Below, one piece after another: positions 63,301-64,000 of a DNA stretch of 64,000 nucleotides. A program made the position numbers and the translations under genes. Source of the stretch: Candidatus Nanohalarchaeota archaeon (lineage in GTDB: Archaea; Nanohalarchaeota; Nanosalinia; Nanosalinales; JAFCCC01); NCBI GenBank assembly GCA_017610385.1, contig JAFCCC010000004.1:2863-66862 (forward strand). Direction: 5' to 3'. Position 1 is the stretch's first letter, and the number at the start of each line of letters is the position of its first letter. The notes below the pieces were generated by a model. That model did not search any database and was not told where the DNA came from. It saw nothing but the letters and a program-made list of their open reading frames with translations.

Positions 63301-64000
63301 TCTGTGTTGTTTGGCGCCGTACAATTTAAATCCCAAAGTTCTATTGTGTTGTCGTAATTATAGCTTACGTTTTCACAAGCATTAGAACCAATAGCTGCTG
63401 TCCAAGTTATATTTTCATCTAAAGATTCGCCGGCCCAGGTTGCGTTTGCCGTTAAATTAATTAACTCCCCAGAACTAACATTTGTTAGTGGAGCAGTACT
63501 GTTTGGAGTCAATATATCCAGTCCAAATTCAGTTACTTTCATGGAAATAGACGTATTTGACTGAATCGGATTTGCAGTTAAATTTGAAATGGAAATTACT
63601 GCAGAATAATTCCCACCCAAAACCGGAGCAGTATAATTAATTTTAATTACTTCTGTATTTGTTGCATTAATTACAAAATTAGAGGTATTTGCTGTAAGGT
63701 AATTAGATAGATTTCCAGAAATACTTAAGGAAAAATTAATTGGAACATTACCTATATTTGTGACATTAATTGTTCCTGCATCATCCTGATTTCCTGTACC
63801 GGTTATAATATTAGTAAAGTTACTCGGAGTTCTAGTCCAATTCAAATCTCGTGGTATAATAATATATGCAGGAATGCTGTCGTAATGTCTTATATCTCCT
63901 GTAGAATTTTGTGTTGTTATATTTAACCAAAGCGTGTAATTTCCAGGACTATAACCATACGGAACACCAACATTCATTTGAATTAGTTTTAATTCTGAAA
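60363..64000 (-). CDS. Single-pass membrane protein: very large sequon-rich ectodomain + cytoplasmic HerA/DUF87-type P-loop ATPase; 5' end outside the window
   Basis: The frame is still open upstream of the track's Met (..SELKLIQ-MNVG), and there is no signal peptide at that Met. Cys-rich linker VCGDGVCDAQYETCTSCSEDCGSCGS. TM helix IRIIIAISILGVILGGLGAFYG + RRYYLKWKLSKSK. Walker A ITAGATGSGKSV, Walker B MFIVFDEVH, AREFRKWGIGLIMISQ. Confidence 0.75.
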   Translation of the reverse strand, partial: SELKLIQMNVGVPYGYSPGNYTLWLNITTQNSTGDIRHYDSIPAYIIIPRDLNWTRTPSNFTNIITGTGNQDDAGTINVTNIGNVPINFSLSISGNLSNYLTANTSNFVINATNTEVIKINYTAPVLGGNYSAVISISNLTANPIQSNTSISMKVTEFGLDILTPNSTAPLTNVSSGELINLTANATWAGESLDENITWTAAIGSNACENVSYNYDNTIELWDLNCTAPNNTDAQTYDITLQATYATVGAERTDIESNAITYRDISAPILEHVTIPDIIYGQNNTIYANISDNVNVSQVFLNLTYPNGTVTKYTLTNVTSNLTNTTWSVLLYNLTELGSYDYSLGFNDTTGNYDNYTGWFEVFFNKITLSGNFLDSQNSTVDVTYELYRVNKSLEGNYNQFNLTTNGTGYYNSSIYNATYDLKIRTFDHWITLYDVPITENTLDPIQFDDVPLRFVGVTSTKSTQRVLSVQNAFNLSRVSLQLNFSGTSYTNVDSLRVYKCSDWSFNSRSCNSTWVCVGGTPDVNSETITVTGLTSFSAYAVAEMVVCGDGVCDAQYETCTSCSEDCGSCGSTTSYSGGSGGGGVSLSQLQDELDKLNKEQAAVPSFSVKTDLIEATLSPGDSKMYSLWITNNQETTQETKLEVSGSVWEYIVLEKDVFTMKGGTTEDLKVKVFTLPTTQPGIYTGEIKITVGTSSQTIPVTLFVTPEQEALLDIKVETLTKYVTSNSSLKFHTSIYNLGFKKKFDVHLTYNIKSIDSEKVLLQQEEELALETSLSFVRSVPLTNIDLGRYFIETTATYENKTASSADIFEVIKPFWTPIRIIIAISILGVILGGLGAFYGRRYYLKWKLSKSKYIFPMSFKTLPSGDLYLGKIAETNTKATFNSADLSTHMITAGATGSGKSVSAMVMVEELLNKNIPIIVFDPTAQWTGFVKRVKDPNLLKLYKEFGMKESDSRPFKGMIYEVTDPDLHIDFKKYMNPGEITIFTLNKLKPGQYDQAVSSIVSTIFKEPWEESTELKMFIVFDEVHRLLERYGGKGGYIALEKAAREFRKWGIGLIMISQVLADFKEALRGNVLTEIQMHTKALEDIGRVKDKYGEDYAKRVTKEEVGVGMLQNPKYNKGRPYFIKFRPLLHEPHKITEQELSTYKKFGEELKKVELAIERIKEKGTDVTDIELEYKLALDKLKTGAFRMTEIYMESLRESLKNYGEKI

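Overview
This window is visibly AT-rich, tightly packed archaeal DNA. The archaeal call rests on gatD+gatE, aEF-1beta beside its usual Zn-ribbon partner, FEN-1 with a C-terminal PIP box, an archaeal-type MiaB-like methylthiotransferase, two tRNAs without encoded CCA, and about 21 genes with class III (prepilin-type) signal peptides. The compact, surface-protein-heavy, intein-rich style suggests a DPANN-like small-genome archaeon, but that is inference. (A) 1-24.3 kb is a type-IV-pilus-like locus. It holds two paralogous platform-like membrane proteins (one 686 aa, the other truncated by the window edge), a 2003-aa secretion ATPase with two inteins, and at least 13 pilin-like genes, including a 1018-aa acidic helical one and a PKD-domain one. 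fen follows. (B) 25.5-37.8 kb is a second, Epd/Tad-like pilus locus. It has a wHTH/coiled-coil protein, a FlaI-like ATPase with one intein, a split TadB/TadC-like platform, a major-pilin candidate, and a convergent five-gene pilin operon with a vWA-domain pilin. Next comes a housekeeping block: SPOUT methyltransferase, aEF-1beta, Zn-ribbon, tRNA-Arg, DUF192, Kef-type antiporter, CBS, ArsR, tRNA-Val and an AlkA-like glycosylase. After it lie an intein-bearing HerA-like ATPase, an A24 prepilin peptidase, the MiaB-like enzyme, and gatD/gatE flanked by two more pilins. (C) 55-64 kb is the most unusual part, a translationally coupled operon. It is headed by a single-pass membrane HerA/DUF87-type ATPase with a >800-aa sequon-rich ectodomain. 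A type-I membrane protein sharing its C-terminal tail follows, then long coiled-coil proteins, one of them split by a 14-bp tandem duplication. Four related LAGLIDADG inteins sit in three P-loop ATPase genes. Most longer spacers are filled by locus-specific degenerate tandem repeats, and one spacer holds a GC-rich duplicated hairpin module. All family assignments come from reading motifs by eye; no database search or computation was possible.
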